A DNA stretch of 64,000 bases from the human T2T-CHM13v2.0 reference genome, Homo sapiens. Made by a program: the position numbers and the translations under genes. Positions 1 to 15,869 of the stretch are shown here, one piece after another. The notes under the pieces were generated by a model that did no database searches, was not told the DNA's origin, and saw nothing but the letters and a program-made list of their open reading frames with translations. How positions within the stretch are numbered: the first letter of the stretch is position 1; each line of letters opens with the position of its first letter. Location: the NCBI RefSeq assembly GCF_009914755.1, contig NC_060928.1. One strand, written 5' to 3'.

Positions 1-309
1 CCTCAATCTGATGAGAGTTCGAAGGCCTCTGAAGCCTGAGTCTGGGTATTAGACCTCTGCATCCTCGCCTCCTCCCTTACACCTGAGCTGTGGCCCTTGG
101 CCAGGCCTAGCTCAGAGCTGGAGCTTAATGAATATTTGTGGATTCAAGGATGGAGGTCAGGATTTCAGATAAGTTTAATTCAGTTTCTTTTACGATAATA
201 GCCCGTTCCTGGAATTGTGCCACCGGTCTCCAAGAGGTATGAAATGAGGGGCAAGGGAGCAGCTGGAGGCCGCAGTCCTATACAACATTAATTTATTTAA
301 CAGCTGTTT

Positions 310-1050
<741 letters not shown>

Positions 1051-1094
1051 TAGCTTTTTTAAGAAAAAAAATTAATTTCCCATTCACCATTGTA

Positions 1095-1250
1095 CTTAAT
1101 TCTTTACATATCTTACTCAGTTAATCTTCCCTGTAGCTTAGGAGGTGTCATTATCATTATCCTCTTTTAGGATGAAAAAACTGAGATTTGGAAAAATTAA
1201 GGAATTTTGTCACTGTTACCCAGCAAGTTAGTTCCAGAGCCTGATTCCCT
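1095..1250 (-). mobile_element. MIR fragment
   Basis: MIR core antisense: ttatcctcttttaggatgaaaaaactgag...cactgttacccagcaagt. Confidence 0.65.
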
Positions 1251-1681
1251 CCAGGGCTGTGTGAGACTACATGCTTCCCACCCCATGGTAAATGGCACCT
1301 GGGTAATGCAATCAGCAAAATTCCAAATGAGGAAGTTCTACATGGATAATGACCTAGTTTTTTCAAAAAATAAAATAGAAGAAACAAAAGAAAAGAAAAG
1401 CCAAGGAACCTAGAAATTAAAAGAGGTTTAATAGAAAAATCAACCAAAAGCATGGGCTTGTTTGGATCTTGATTTTAACAAGCTGTGACTTCACTGTGAA
1501 TTACATCACTTCCAAACAGTGATAATAACTGGGGAAATTTAAACAATGGGTATCCAAGCATGATTATTATCATTGTGGTGTATTAATGGAATAGTGGTTT
1601 TGTTCTAATGTGAGAGAGAGTGAGGGTGTTAGAAGTACAAACAGAAATATTTAGAGATGAGGCTTAACATTTTGGTGTCTA

Positions 1682-2020
<339 letters not shown>

Positions 2021-2086
2021 TCAGAAGTAGGGGACAGGGAGTGAGGTGTAGGGAGTAGATACAGATGAAGTAAGAATGACCTATTG

Positions 2087-2398
<312 letters not shown>

Positions 2399-2869
2399 TT
2401 ATTGATAACTGTTGGGACCTAGAGATTAAATGAAACTCAAGAGGCGTATCAACCAAATGGAATGTAATAGGCCTTACTTTAATCCTGACTCAGATAAATC
2501 AAGAGTGAAAAACGATTTATGAAACAAAAAGGACGATTCAAACTCCACATTTTTGAATGATATTAAGGAACTATTGTTAATGTTTTAGGTGTGATAATAG
2601 TAAAGGTTAAATTTAAGAAAAAAGCGATTATATTTTGCAGATACATACTGAAATGTTTATGAACAAAATTATATCATATCTGAGATTCAGAATGTTCTAG
2701 GAGTAGGGTGTGGGGAGAAGGAGAGACACAGATCAGAGATCAGCTGTGTTGATAATTACTGAAGCTGGGTGATGCTTACCTGGATTCATTTTACTATTGA
2801 CTGTTCTGATGAATGTGCTTGAAAATTTCTATAATAAAAATCCTAAAAGCAAACACTTGTGAAGAAATA

Positions 2870-2950
2870 GCATCCCATTTCTCTAAGTGGGGAAACTGAG
2901 GCTTTGAGAGGATAAGTAACTTGCTTAAGTTTCCACAGCCTGTTGTGGGC
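2870..2950 (-). mobile_element. MIR fragment
   Basis: catcccattt...ggggaaactgaggc...aagtaacttgcttaag. Confidence 0.65.
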
Positions 2951-3049
2951 AGCAGTGGAGGACACAGTCATCAACTTCAACTCTGGAGCCAGGCGGTTAG
3001 CCACTGGAACTGTTCCCTCCTGGGCACAGCCCATGTTTTTACCCTGTTA

Positions 3050-3650
3050 CTAGCATCTTGGTTTTTCTTAGGGAGAGCACCCTCTCCAATTCTTAGTCCA
3101 TGTGGGAAGGAGATTGACCCCACGTCTGGCCCCAGCCCTAGGGGAGGGGGATATTCCAGGCCCCATCAGTCTTATTAGTCTATCCCCTCAATCATGCTGA
3201 TTGCCTCAGGGATGGACAGGAGGCCTGCATTGATCCAATGAGACACAATTCTTGGAGTTTTCCAGAAGTAGAAGCAGCAGTTCCTTTTTCCTCTGGAATT
3301 GCTAAAGAATAACAACAGCAATGACAATAATACGTATCAAAGGCTTACTATAGGTGCTATTATTATCCCCCTTTTTACAGATGAGAACACTGAGGTGCAG
3401 AGAGGTTAAGAGACCTGGTGACAATCTGGAGCACTGGAGGCCACCACATAGACAGGTCTCCTCAAGGTAAAGTCAACACCTTGAAGTCAACCATGCTCAA
3501 AAGAAAGAGTTTCAAGGAGATCAAGCCCCGATGATGTCATTTGAGTCTCTGGATTCAGCTAGACCTAGGACTTTTCTATTTCTTGAGCCTGTATTGTAAG
3601 TGTCAGCCAACTTGAGTTAGGTTTTGGCACTTCGCAACTCAGAAAGGCTT
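3050..3650 (+). mobile_element. Ancient ERVL/MaLR LTR (MLT1K/L- or LTR16/33-like) with a MIR fragment at ~3310-3420
   Basis: gattgcctcagggatggac, ccaatgagac, 3' end ttgagttaggttttggcacttcgcaac; MIR core attatccccctttttacagatgagaacactgagg inside. Confidence 0.55.
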
Positions 3651-3924
3651 GGCATGAAAAATTATGGAGGACCTTGAATTTCAGGGGTAGGGGAATGGAG
3701 AAAATAGAAAGGAACCAACAGAACTTGCCTATTGTTAAGACAGGCATTGTGCTAGAGGCTTTCCATACGCTATCTCACTTAATCATTACAACAGCATGTT
3801 TGATGAGTAATAGTCACATTTTATAGATTAGGAAAATTAGGTCATAAAGGGTTCAGTCCATTGGTTCATTCACCATATATTTTATTCTGGATCATGTACT
3901 CTACTAGATATTGAGCAGTCAAAT

Positions 3925-4150
3925 AGCAATAATAACAATAGCTAACATTTTATTGAGAACTTACTGTGTGCCAAACACTGTTCCAAGCATTTGACATTCA
4001 TTGTCTTGTTTATTCCACTGAACAACCTTGTGAAGGTGGTTATCATCATCCCTATTTTATGCATGAGGAAATTAAGGCACAGAACCATTTAGAAATGTGC
4101 TTAAGGGCAGGTGGCTGGGAAGTGGTGAAGACAGAGTGGCTTCAGGGGCC
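3925..4150 (-). mobile_element. MIR
   Basis: aataacaatagctaacatttta...ttactgtgtgccaaacactg...cctattttatgcatgaggaaattaaggcac; a second MIR piece at ~3735-3860. Confidence 0.8.
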
Positions 4151-4639
4151 AGGACTCTGACATGATACCATGCTGCCAAGCTTCTCTCTGGAAGTTCAGG
4201 GTAGCTTGCCTCAGGTCACACAACAGCAGTCCAGGCTGGTTCACCTGACCCAAAGCAAGCTCTTTCCTCAGCATCATAATGCAATTGCACATAGTGAAGT
4301 TGGAGTTCTATTTTGAAGAGGATTGGGAGCCAACAAAAGGTTTTGGGAGGAAAATGATGTGTTCCCATCAAAATTATGCCATATTTCAAAGAAGGGATGG
4401 GTCCTTCATTGTATTTATTCTGACTACGAGACAAAAACACATCCCCATAAACACCTCCCAGAGGCCACACATTAGTGTGGTTTATACTGTGTGCCATGAC
4501 ATACAGAAATGGGTTTCATTTCTGTTTTTAGGGAGAAAACTTCCTGCTTGTCCTGGCACAGAACCCCTTGCAGCAGGACACACTGTTGGCCAGCATAGGA
4601 ACTTGACTCTTGCATGTCTTTTCTTTTGAACTGCCAACA

Positions 4640-5167
4640 GCTCTTACTAACCTTATTTTGGTAACAGCTCCCTTCTTTTGTTTCAGAACTGACCCTCCTC
4701 TATTCCACATGAGTCTGTTAGGATCCCCTAACTCTGGCCAGAGGGTCACTGCCCCTGAGCTGCAGTGATGAGCTCATGGATCGGGAATGCCATTCTAGTA
4801 AGAGCAATCAGACCCTTCTGGGAGAAGAGTCTGGCACTAGAAGAGAAAAGCTTACTTTTTATTGAGAGTGAATGATGTAAACTGGAACCTGTCTGTGATC
4901 ATACTCATACCCTCCTCTCCACAATCCCTAAAGTCACAGGGAAGAAGCTCATCTCTTGCAATAGGAGTAAGCCTAACATCCCAAGAAAAGCACAGCTGAG
5001 AAATGGGCAGAGAGAGAGAATATTACTGAGTTTCTGCATCCAGTCATGCTGGAGAACAATTCCATTCCATGAACTCCTAGTTTCTGGAATCAGTAAATAT
5101 CCCCTTTGCTTAAATTGGCTTGACTTGAGTTTCTGTTGCTTGCAACCAAAAGAGTTCTGGCTAAGAC
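4640..5167 (+). mobile_element. Ancient ERVL/MaLR LTR (MLT1/LTR33-like)
   Basis: 3' terminus ttgcttaaattggcttgacttgagtttctgttgcttgcaaccaaaagagttctggctaagac. Confidence 0.6.
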
Positions 5168-5949
5168 TTGGTTTGTTACCCAGAGGCTTTATTATCTATT
5201 GTTTGTTTTTGTTTTTAGCTTTTCTCACTTTCATCTTCACAAATGGTAATAAGTTGAGAATGTGTGTGAAGATCTAACTGTAAGCTAATACTGGCTGCTG
5301 AGTTATTTGTTATGGTAAACATTTAGAAAAAAACTTAGATGGCTCATAAGGGATCATTCACCTGTACAATAACCTAGTGTCCCTAGGTCTGATGACTGTG
5401 GATAAAAAATGACATCTAGTGATGTTAATGGCTTGACTGTGGTACGCAGGGGTTCAGCTCCACCCAGAGTCCCCACGGTTTTGTCTGGGGGTCCCATGGT
5501 AATGTCTCACATAAGTTCAAGGACAGGCTCACTTGTATTTTTCAACTCTGGCTTCCTCCTTGAGACATTTCACCACTGCCCAGGGCTGTCTGGGAAAACT
5601 GCTACTCTGTGTGAAGCTGTCCTTTGGGGTGGCTTGAGCTCTGGAGTATCAGAGCTGGGCTAGGCCAATGGGGGTGGGAGGACCAGTGAAGGAAATCGCC
5701 CTGCAGTGGGCTGTGGCATCTGTGCTTTATCTTTCTCTCTTCAACAAGCTTCTGTATGTTATTTCCTCTGTTAAGAAACCCGGTGATCTGGGAGGAACCA
5801 GGCCTGGCCAGTCAAAGTACTTTCTCGCCCTGACAATGAAGACTTGCCAAGAAGTGACATGGGACCCATGCAGGAGGACAGATCCCCAGAACCGGGGAGA
5901 AAGACACTCTCTTCTTTTCACTTATGTTTCTAAGCTGGAGCTCATGGAC

Positions 5950-6253
5950 TAAACCTATAATAAGAAAACCCAAGAGCTGTTGGTTGGCCTCTACCTTTCA
6001 CCCTGTGGCCTGAGGCACAGGGAAAGCTGGCTTGCAGAGAACAGAGAATAGAGCAGATGGACAGGGAGCAGCAAGGAAGAAACAGAGTCTTGGCAGCCTC
6101 CCATCCAGGCCCTGATTCTAGGTCATTCCTAAGGTTTTGCTGCATCCCTGACCTTGTGCTTCAGGGAATCCATACAATTGCTCTTGATATTTGCTAAAAC
6201 TCACTTCAACTGGCTTTTGCTTTTTTGCAACCCAAAGGGTCCTAACGAATACA
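5950..6253 (+). mobile_element. LTR33-like ERVL LTR fragment
   Basis: Ends ttttgcaacccaaagggtcctaacgaataca. Confidence 0.55.
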
Positions 6254-6274
6254 TGCACTGTTCTTTTTTTCTTC

Positions 6275-6306
6275 AGATACCTGTGCATAAAGATACCTGT
6301 GCATAA
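6275..6306. repeat. Perfect 16-bp tandem duplication (agatacctgtgcataa)x2
   Basis: Read directly: 6275-6290 equals 6291-6306. Confidence 0.95.
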
Positions 6307-6331
6307 AACTGTTCCCTTCTCTCTAGTCTCA

Positions 6332-6743
<412 letters not shown>

Positions 6744-8204
6744 TTAAACACAACCTATAACTCACAACTTCTATATTGAGTCTAAATGCAATAAATAGCA
6801 ATTGTGAACGCGAACTTGCTCAAGGTTGTCAGATATGATGAGAAAGGAAGGGCCGGAATTCACATTTATGTCAACCTGTGTAGAAAAGTGTTTCACCATT
6901 TTGCTGTATTTGCATATCAACCAATCTTTCAGAGCTTGGTCTCAAAGAAGTAATCTGGGACTCATTTATAATCCTTAAAGTAAGAGTCTTAGCTGCAGAT
7001 TCCAGCACCTCTCTGCTGCTTTGGCTGGCCTTTGCTGCCATCAGCCAGGCCAAGCAAGAGGGGAGGTGTCCTGCACCCTGCACCACCACCTCTCACAGTT
7101 GGAGGGGCACTCAACACAGATGCAGATCACACAGGCTCAGATGCTCACCAGCTAAGCTCCAAGGCCTCTCCAGGACAAGGATAAATGAAGACAACTCTGA
7201 ATGAGAGGACACAGGCCTGGTGTTCAGCCCAGGAGATAGGCCGGCTCAGAGCATGGAGGAGGGTGGTCACAGCCAGAGAGCAGGGACTCTCTCAGACAGC
7301 TGTTTCCTGCTGGGATCTGCTTCACAGAGGCTGGACTGCCACCCCACACACCCCTCCCAGGGACTGCTGTCTTGACTGCTGTCTCCAGGCAGTTTTTACC
7401 CCATAACCCTTCAGATTCAAGTCCAGGGATTGGAACTATGATTCCTGATTCTATGGACTTGAGATTCCCGAGGCCTGGATCTTGCTGGTGACACTTCACT
7501 GGCTTTTGCTTCCAAGGACTTCCACCTCCAGCTGGATTTGTGTGATTGGGTTCTCCTTGGCTCCATAACCTCAGAGTCTCTGGCTCTCCACACCTCTGCT
7601 TGCACGTTACTAAAAGAAGCCTATAGACAACTTTCCCAGATTGTGGGTGAGAGAAACAGCTGGGAAATATCTTGCCTATGCTGAGAATAAACACAGCCAT
7701 TGCCTTTCAGTGGAAATCTTTGTTCTAGTTCTCCTTTGATGCCAAGGAGTAGGCAGGTATTGAGAACTCTGATGAGAGGCCTTCACACTCTTGCCAGTGT
7801 TGGTTCTTCACTTGCTAACAGGCTTGTGATTCCCTCTGCTGTAGAGACCAACCCTGGATTTAGCCTGCTGTTCTCTCCCACATCAGGCTTCCTGGTCCTA
7901 CAGATGGGTGCATCGTGGATCATGGTCTTCAACCTCAGCAGGACCTCTGTGCTCCCCGGGGTCCTTTTCAGCACTAGCGCCCCTGATTTCCCACGGTCCT
8001 TTAAAAGCTGCCTCCCTTTAGGCCATGATGTGACCTCACTTTCTATATCCCAGAGAGAACAGTCATCAGAGAAGATGTCCTCAGTCCTGCTGCACCCTCA
8101 AGCCTCCTCATTTCCCCTCCATCCCAGAGCTCTATCTAAGGAGCCCCTCTTCCTAAGGTATATATGCTCTGCCTCCTCAGGAAGTCAACTATTATTTATG
8201 TCTC

Positions 8205-8258
8205 CCTTTAAGCAAATGAACATATGCAAACCAATCCCTGAGCTACTAGCCCTAAGCC
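8205..8258 (+). repeat. 54-bp dispersed direct repeat, copy 2
   Basis: cctttaagcaaatgaacatatgcaaaccaatccctgagctactagccctaagcc; one G/A difference from copy 1. Confidence 0.95.
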
Positions 8259-8261
8259 ATC

Positions 8262-8320
8262 AATATTAGTTAGCCTTCTCCACAGAAACAAAGCCAATAG
8301 GATGGATGGATAGGTAGATA

Positions 8321-8364
<44 letters not shown>

Positions 8365-9237
8365 GAAATGATAGATAGATACATAAATAAGATAGATAAG
8401 AAATAGATAAAACAGATAGATACAAAAGATATATATAGTATAGATTAGATAGAAGATAGAAAGATGATAGATAGATAGATAGATAGATTAGATAATAGAT
8501 AGATATGAAAGATGATAGATTAGATAGATGGATAGATGGATGGATAGATGATAGATAGGTAGGCAGATAAATGGATAGATAGATAAGAAAGATGATTGAT
8601 CGATGGATAGATTAGATAGACAGATTAGATAGACAGATGGATGAATGGACAGATTGATAAGAAAGAAAGATGATATAAAAACAGATAAGAAAGATGATAG
8701 ATTAGATATATGGATAGATGATAGATAGGTAGAAGAATGGGTAGATAGATAGGTGGATGGCTGAATGCATAGATAGATATGCAGACATGATAGATAAGAA
8801 AGATGATAGATACATAGCTAAGAAAATAGATAGATAATAGATAGATGATAGATAGATAGATAATAGAAAGATAGATAAACAAATTTTAAGGAATTGGCTT
8901 ATGTGATAGTGCGGCTGGCAAGTCTAAATTCTGCAGGGCAGCTCAGCAGTCTAGAAACCCTGGGAAGACTTGATGTTGTAGCTCAAGTTTGAAGGCAGAG
9001 TCTGCAGACAGAGTATCCTCTTGCTTGAGGGACCTTAGTCTTTTCGTCTTAAGGCTTCAGCTAATTGGAGGAAGCCCACTGACATTATAGACAATCATCT
9101 GCTTTACTCGAAATCTACTGTTTCAAATGCTAATCTCATCTTTAAAATACTGTCACAGCAATGTCCAGACTGGTATTTGCCCAAATAGCTGGGCACTGTG
9201 GCCAAGCTAAGTTGACACATGAAATTAACAGATTACG
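8262..9237 (-). mobile_element. MLT2 (ERVL) solo LTR containing an expanded GATA array
   Basis: tattagttagccttctccacagaaacaaagccaatagg at left; aaggaattggcttatgtgat...gttgacacatgaaattaac at right. Confidence 0.85.
8299..8880. repeat. Compound (GATA/GGAT)n tetranucleotide array with a perfect (ATAG)11 core at 8321-8364
   Basis: Read directly. Confidence 0.95.
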
Positions 9238-9269
9238 CAAGTTATAATTGTGGTCAAGAGCTCTTATAT

Positions 9270-9470
9270 GTTTACTGTTAGTCTTTGTGCTAAATTAATC
9301 ACATACAGTTTCTTATTTAATCCTCTTGATGCCCCAAGAGGTAGATCCCATTGCTGTCCCCACTTTACAGATAGGAATTTTAAGTTACACAGTGAAGGGC
9401 AGAGCTCTTCTTCAAACTCAAGTCTAGCTAACTCAGAAGATTATATTCTTAATCACTGATCTGTGCCACC
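9270..9470 (-). mobile_element. MIR
   Basis: tttaatcctc...gtccccactttacagatagga...ttcaaactcaagtct. Confidence 0.65.
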
Positions 9471-10563
9471 TTCCAGCTGCTTTCCCTATTCTGGCTTTTT
9501 ATTCTCTGATTATAAACATATTAACATCTCTCTGATTCAATAAAACAGAACTTCCCATGATCTGTTTTCTCTCTTTCTCAGGGAACCATCTTTGCAAGAG
9601 TGGCCTCCTCTTGGCGGCTCCAGTTCTTAGTCTTCTTTAACCCACGGCATTCTGGTATCCGCTCCACCAGAACAAGAAAACAATGTTGACCAAGGTAACA
9701 AATGATATCCATGGATATGGTTATTTTATCTTGGCATTTATTGTAACACAGAAGCAATTGTCCATTGTTTTAAAAAATCAGAAAAGCACTTCTGGTCAAG
9801 ATAGCATTTGTGTAAATACACATTTGTGTCACCCATTCTGCCATAAACACGTAGTAGCTATAGATAATTTTTTTTTAATGGAGCATGTAAAAAGGGTATA
9901 ACTGAGCTCACAAATGAGATAGTCAGTTTTGCAGACCAGAAACAGAAGAGAAACATACAGCAGTTAGTGGGCAAGACTTTGGCTTCTGGGTGTAACTAAG
10001 CTAATCTGGCTCCAAGGAAACAGGAACTGAATACGCTGTAGATGAGGCAGGGTTCAGGGCTGAAACTAAGTCTGGTGGATTCTCCACTTAGGACGAGAGA
10101 TTGCTGAAAACGCCTGCAAACAACTGCTTGAGATTTTAGCTTATGTGAAGCTGAGGGACTAGGTGGGCAGTGATCAAGACAGAACAAGAAGCAGAACCTG
10201 AACTAAGCCACTTGCTCACTGAGTGAGACACCCACATTGCCAATAAGCAAGAGCTACCATCATCAATATAAGGTTCAAATAGCAGGCAGGCTGATAGAGG
10301 AAACTCAAAACTCCTAGACAAGAAAAGAAGAATAGACAGAAAAAGAGGGAAAGAGAGAAGAGTGTAAAGGATCAAGCTTTAAGTGAACCTGAAAATTAGA
10401 AGTCCAAAACATAAAAAGAAATCTATCTCCAAGGGATAATAGCTAACAAATCAATATTGATAGATTTTTTTGCTTCAACTGAAACTAAAATAGTAAAACA
10501 ATCTGAAAAAGAATTTAAAAATACATGTGTTCCAGATATTTAAAACAGAAAGTGAAGGAATAA

Positions 10564-11160
<597 letters not shown>

Positions 11161-11537
11161 ATGGAAAAGAAACAATTATTAACCTTGGAAATATAAAATA
11201 CAGTTCCTGAAATTTTAAAACGTCTAATAGATTGGATAAAATTTCAGACTTTGTACAGTCATAAAAATAATTGAATTGAAAGATGATGCCAGAGAGTTCA
11301 CCCAAAAATATGGCACAGACAGCCAAAGTTTAAAGTTATGTAAGAACAATTGAGAAAGATGGAGAATAATTGGAGAGGCTACAACTTACAGCACATGGAA
11401 GTTGCAGAGAAAGAGAGTAAATAAAAAAATAATAAAAGAATGATGGTTAAGAACTTTCCAGAATGGTAGAAAGACCAAACTCTTAGGCTGAAAGTGTATT
11501 CTGAGTGAAGTTGCAGAATGTCCAAATAAAGAAAATA

Positions 11538-11684
11538 TTTTTTTTAAATTATACTTTAAGTTCTAGGGTACGTGTGCACAACATGCAGGTTTGTTACATA
11601 TGTATACATGTGCCATGTTGGTGTGCTGCACCCATTAACTGGTCATTTACATTAGGTATATCTCCTAATACTATCCCTCCCCCC
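11538..11684 (-). mobile_element. L1PA (primate L1) 5'-truncated 3' end, ~150 bp
   Basis: ttatactttaagttctagggtacgtgtgcacaacatgcaggtttgttacatatgtatacatgtgccatgttggtgtgctgcacccattaact; TSD aagaaaat(a/c)tt at 11529-11539 and 11685-11695. Confidence 0.92.
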
Positions 11685-11789
11685 AAGAAAATCTTAAAGG
11701 CAATCAGAGAGAAGAATTAGATTATCTAACAATGAAGCACAGTTAGACTGATGGTAATTTTCTCATGAGCCACAATGAAGTCAGAGATA

Positions 11790-12050
11790 GTAATAACAAC
11801 AGCTAACACTTAAATGGTACTATGTCCCAAGCGTAATGCAAAGTACTTCATGCATATTAACTAATTTAATCTTCACAACAATTCTGTGAGATGGGATTCT
11901 TATTATCCCCTTTTTACAGTTGAGGAAACTGAGCCAAAAGGAAGTTTAATGGTTCTTGTCCAAGGTCTTGCATCTAGTAAGTAGAGAAGCTGGGACTCAA
12001 ACTGAGCTGATCTGGCTCCAAATGCTCATACTTACTGCTCTGTAATGCTT
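11790..12050 (-). mobile_element. MIR, near full length
   Basis: aataacaacagctaacactta...tttaatcttcacaacaattctgtgagatggg...ttttacagttgaggaaactgag. Confidence 0.85.
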
Positions 12051-12318
12051 CTCACTGTAGAGAAATATGTTCAAAGTAATGAGGGAAAATAAATGACAAC
12101 CTAAGATTTTATTTCCAGCTAAATTAAGAAATGTTTTGGTGCACGAAAATTAAAAGACATATATTACCCATAGACATTCATTTTAAAAATTATTAATGTA
12201 TGTATTTCCACAAGAAGAAAAATTAACTAAAAGGGAAGGCATAGGAGTCAAGAAACAGTGAGGACTTGATCATCTGTTTGGTAAACTTAATTATGAAGTA
12301 TAAAAATTATTAATTTTT

Positions 12319-12690
<372 letters not shown>

Positions 12691-14629
12691 TAAAGAAGAG
12701 ATAAAACTTAGCTGACAATAACAAGATAAGTAAGATGATAATTATAATGTGTTTATGTTTCTTTTCATGATTTAAATGAGCACAGAAATATGGAATGACT
12801 TCAGATTTATTTTGTGTGAATTATAAAGGTAATAGAAAACTTTATCAATGCAGCAGAGTAAATGGAAGGAAAAAAGGAAACAAAGAAAATGAATGGCAAA
12901 TAGAAAGTGCAAAATAAAATGGTAGGAATTGCTTCAAGTAGATCAGTAATTACAATAAATGTAAATGGAATAAATTCATTGATAAAGAGGTAGGGATTAT
13001 CAGATTAAAGTTTTTAAAATTCTGGGGCATACTGTCAAAGCCACATAGCAAAATTGTAGTAGAGGTAGAGAAAAAGATATACAATATTGTACAAATACTA
13101 ACAAGAATAATGCTGAGATTATAATAGTTAAGTCAGACAAAATAAAGTTTAATGTAAAAAAAGTAATAGCAACAAAGGGATGATATAGAACATTAAAAGA
13201 AATGACTTTCTAAGAATGTATAGTAGTAATAAACTTACATGGCCTTACCAATGTAACCTCAAAATATAAAAAGCAAAACTGACTAAATTACTAGAAAAAA
13301 TGGGAAAAAATTGTTATAATGGAAAATTTTAACTGATCTTTTAAAAATGTTATATAAAGCTGACAAAAATATTTAGAATTTAAATTTAAACAAAAACATT
13401 AAACACTTTAAAATCTATATAAAATGCTGTATCCATTAAATGAAGAATACACATTATTTTCAGATACATGTGGAACACTTAAAAAGTGATCATATGTTAG
13501 ATCACAATATTTTCAAAGAGATAAAATAATAAGGTCTACATTCTCTGTTCACATTGCAATTAAATTGAATGTCAAACTTCCAAAAGTTTGGAAACTAAAA
13601 AATGCACTCTAAACAACAGATGGGTTAGAAGGGAAATCATAATGAAACAGAAAATATTTTGAACTGAAGAGCATTCAAATGATTACATATCAAACAAGTA
13701 TACAGCTAAAGTGATACTTTGAGGTAAATATAACCCCTACTACCCGCCACATACACACACTCCACCTACCCAGTTCCTTCCCTGGAAATTGCTTATGTTT
13801 CCAGTTTCGTTTGTATTCATCCACAGATATTCAAACCGTATGCAAGCATATATGTATAGGCTTAGTAATGTGCAAAACAATGTGTGCAGTATGCTACCAT
13901 TGGTATAAAAATGTTATAAGAAATACATACAAATTTCAGTTCATACATCTTGAAGATTTTCTTTTTTATGACTGCACTATATTAATTGTGCAACCTGTGA
14001 ATCATTTGCATTAAAATCAGAAACAAGACAAGGATGCCCACTCTCAGCCAACTATTCAGTACTGGAGTTCCTGTCTAAGGCAAAGCTGGAAAATAAATAA
14101 GCAGCTTAATACTTGGAAGAGAAGAGGTGAGACTTTTTATATGCAGGCAATACAATTATCTGCATAGAAATCCCTCCTCCCAAACCCCAGGAATATTCAC
14201 TGTCAGATTATTCAAATGAATATGTGAGTTAAACAAGATTGCTGGATGCAAAATCAACATTTTAAAAATGGTTATGTTTTTATATGCTCTAAATTCAGAA
14301 TTTTAATTGAAAAATATCTCATCATACCATTACATGTCACATCCTCCAATCATCATGAAAAACAAGAAAAGAACATGGCACCTGCAGACTAAAGCTTGAA
14401 AAATCCCAATAAAGATGTTCTCTCTCTCTCTCTCTCTCTTTTTTTTTTTAATCAGATTGCTTCATTTGCCTGTGCCTGAGCCAACGATTGTGGTGCAGAG
14501 AGAGATAGGATCTGTGATTAACAGTCTTTGGTAAAACAGATGAATGAGGCAAGGAAGGAACAATTATCTCCAAATAGGTGGGGATCTTCAGTAGCAAACG
14601 TGTTTTTTATCTACCACACATCTCTCTCC

Positions 14630-14748
14630 CCAGTAAACAGCTCATTAAGGGCAAAGACTATGTTGAATTGTCTCTTCAGCACCTAGGCTTAGCACTGTGC
14701 CTTACATATGACAAAGTCTCAATAAGTAATCAGTGAATGAGTGAGTGC
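14630..14748 (+). mobile_element. L2 3' end
   Basis: agggcaaagactatgt...agcactgtgccttacat...ctcaataa...tgaatgagtgagtg. Confidence 0.65.
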
Positions 14749-15118
14749 ATGTGAGCCAGGACCAACAAGACTGGATCAGCCTCTCCTTTTGCAAGACCAC
14801 CCAGAACCCCCACAGCTGGGGACAGAGACTCTTCACCAAGCCCCAGCTGAGTGAGTGGGAAATGAGGGAAGTAGCTTTAGATTGATATAGATGGGATCAC
14901 TTAGAGGACAAATGTGACTGCCACCCAAGGCACTGATGTAGGACCCTTGAAGGGAAGTGATCACATTGAACTTGGCTGTGTCCAACATGGTTAGTGGTTT
15001 CCAGGAGTGTAGAGTCTTCTGTGCATTGGGAAATGAGGACAGCCTCTCATTTTGCCCAGCATTTTTTGGGACTGGTTCCCTTTTATTTCATGACCTAAGA
15101 GAAATAAGTGATCCTGTC

Positions 15119-15285
15119 TTTTTTTTCTTTTTTTGAGACAGGGTCTTGGTCTGTCATCAAGCTAGACCGTAGTGGCATGATCATAGCTCACTGCAGTCTC
15201 CAATTCCTGGGCTCAAGAGATCCTCCAACCTCAGCCTCCTGAATAGCTGGGACTAGGTAAGAGTCACCATACCCAGCTAATTTAA

Positions 15286-15325
<40 letters not shown>

Positions 15326-15526
15326 CTGTCTGTGTGTGTATGTATATGTATGTGTGTATTTATATGTATATATGTATATATATATATACACACACATATA
15401 TGTATTCGTAGAGATGGGGTCAACACAGTTAATGTTGCCCAGGCTGGTCTCAAACTCTGACCTCAAGTGATCCTCTCACCTCAGCTTTCCAAAGTTCTGG
15501 GATTACAGGAGTGAGCCACCATGCCT
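15119..15526 (-). mobile_element. AluJ with a (TA)n(TG)n microsatellite in the linker (~15286-15405)
   Basis: AluJ features (gggctcaagagatcctcc, catagctcactgcag); flanks aagtgatcYtgYct duplicated. Confidence 0.92.
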
Positions 15527-15869
15527 AAGTGATCTTGCCTCTTAAGTACAGACAGAACCCCCAATGCTGCTCTCTTCAGCCTCAATACCACCATTAATTA
15601 AGCACACAAAGGGACAGTGAGAGGAAATTGACATTTGAATATAACCAGAGATTGGTGGAAATCTTTTAGGAGCAAGGACTCCTGCTGTGTCTTTGCCCAA
15701 GCCATGCATTTTGCTGTAACACCACATTGTCTCCTCCCAAGACCCAAGTTCTCTTTGCCCTTTGAGGCTGAACACATATCACACTTCCCTGGGGAAGTCT
15801 TCCATGACTATTCTCCTTAGAGAGCATTTCTCTGGACACTGAACTCCTGTAGCACCATCACCAATATCT

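Noticed and set aside
7700-8269. 189-aa ORF between the 54-bp repeats
   Set aside because: Starts at a non-ATG codon, is Ser/Leu-rich, and shows no recognisable protein family.
8625-8882. 85-aa Ile/Tyr/Leu/Ser-rich ORF that looks hydrophobic
   Set aside because: It is the translation of the (TATC)n microsatellite.
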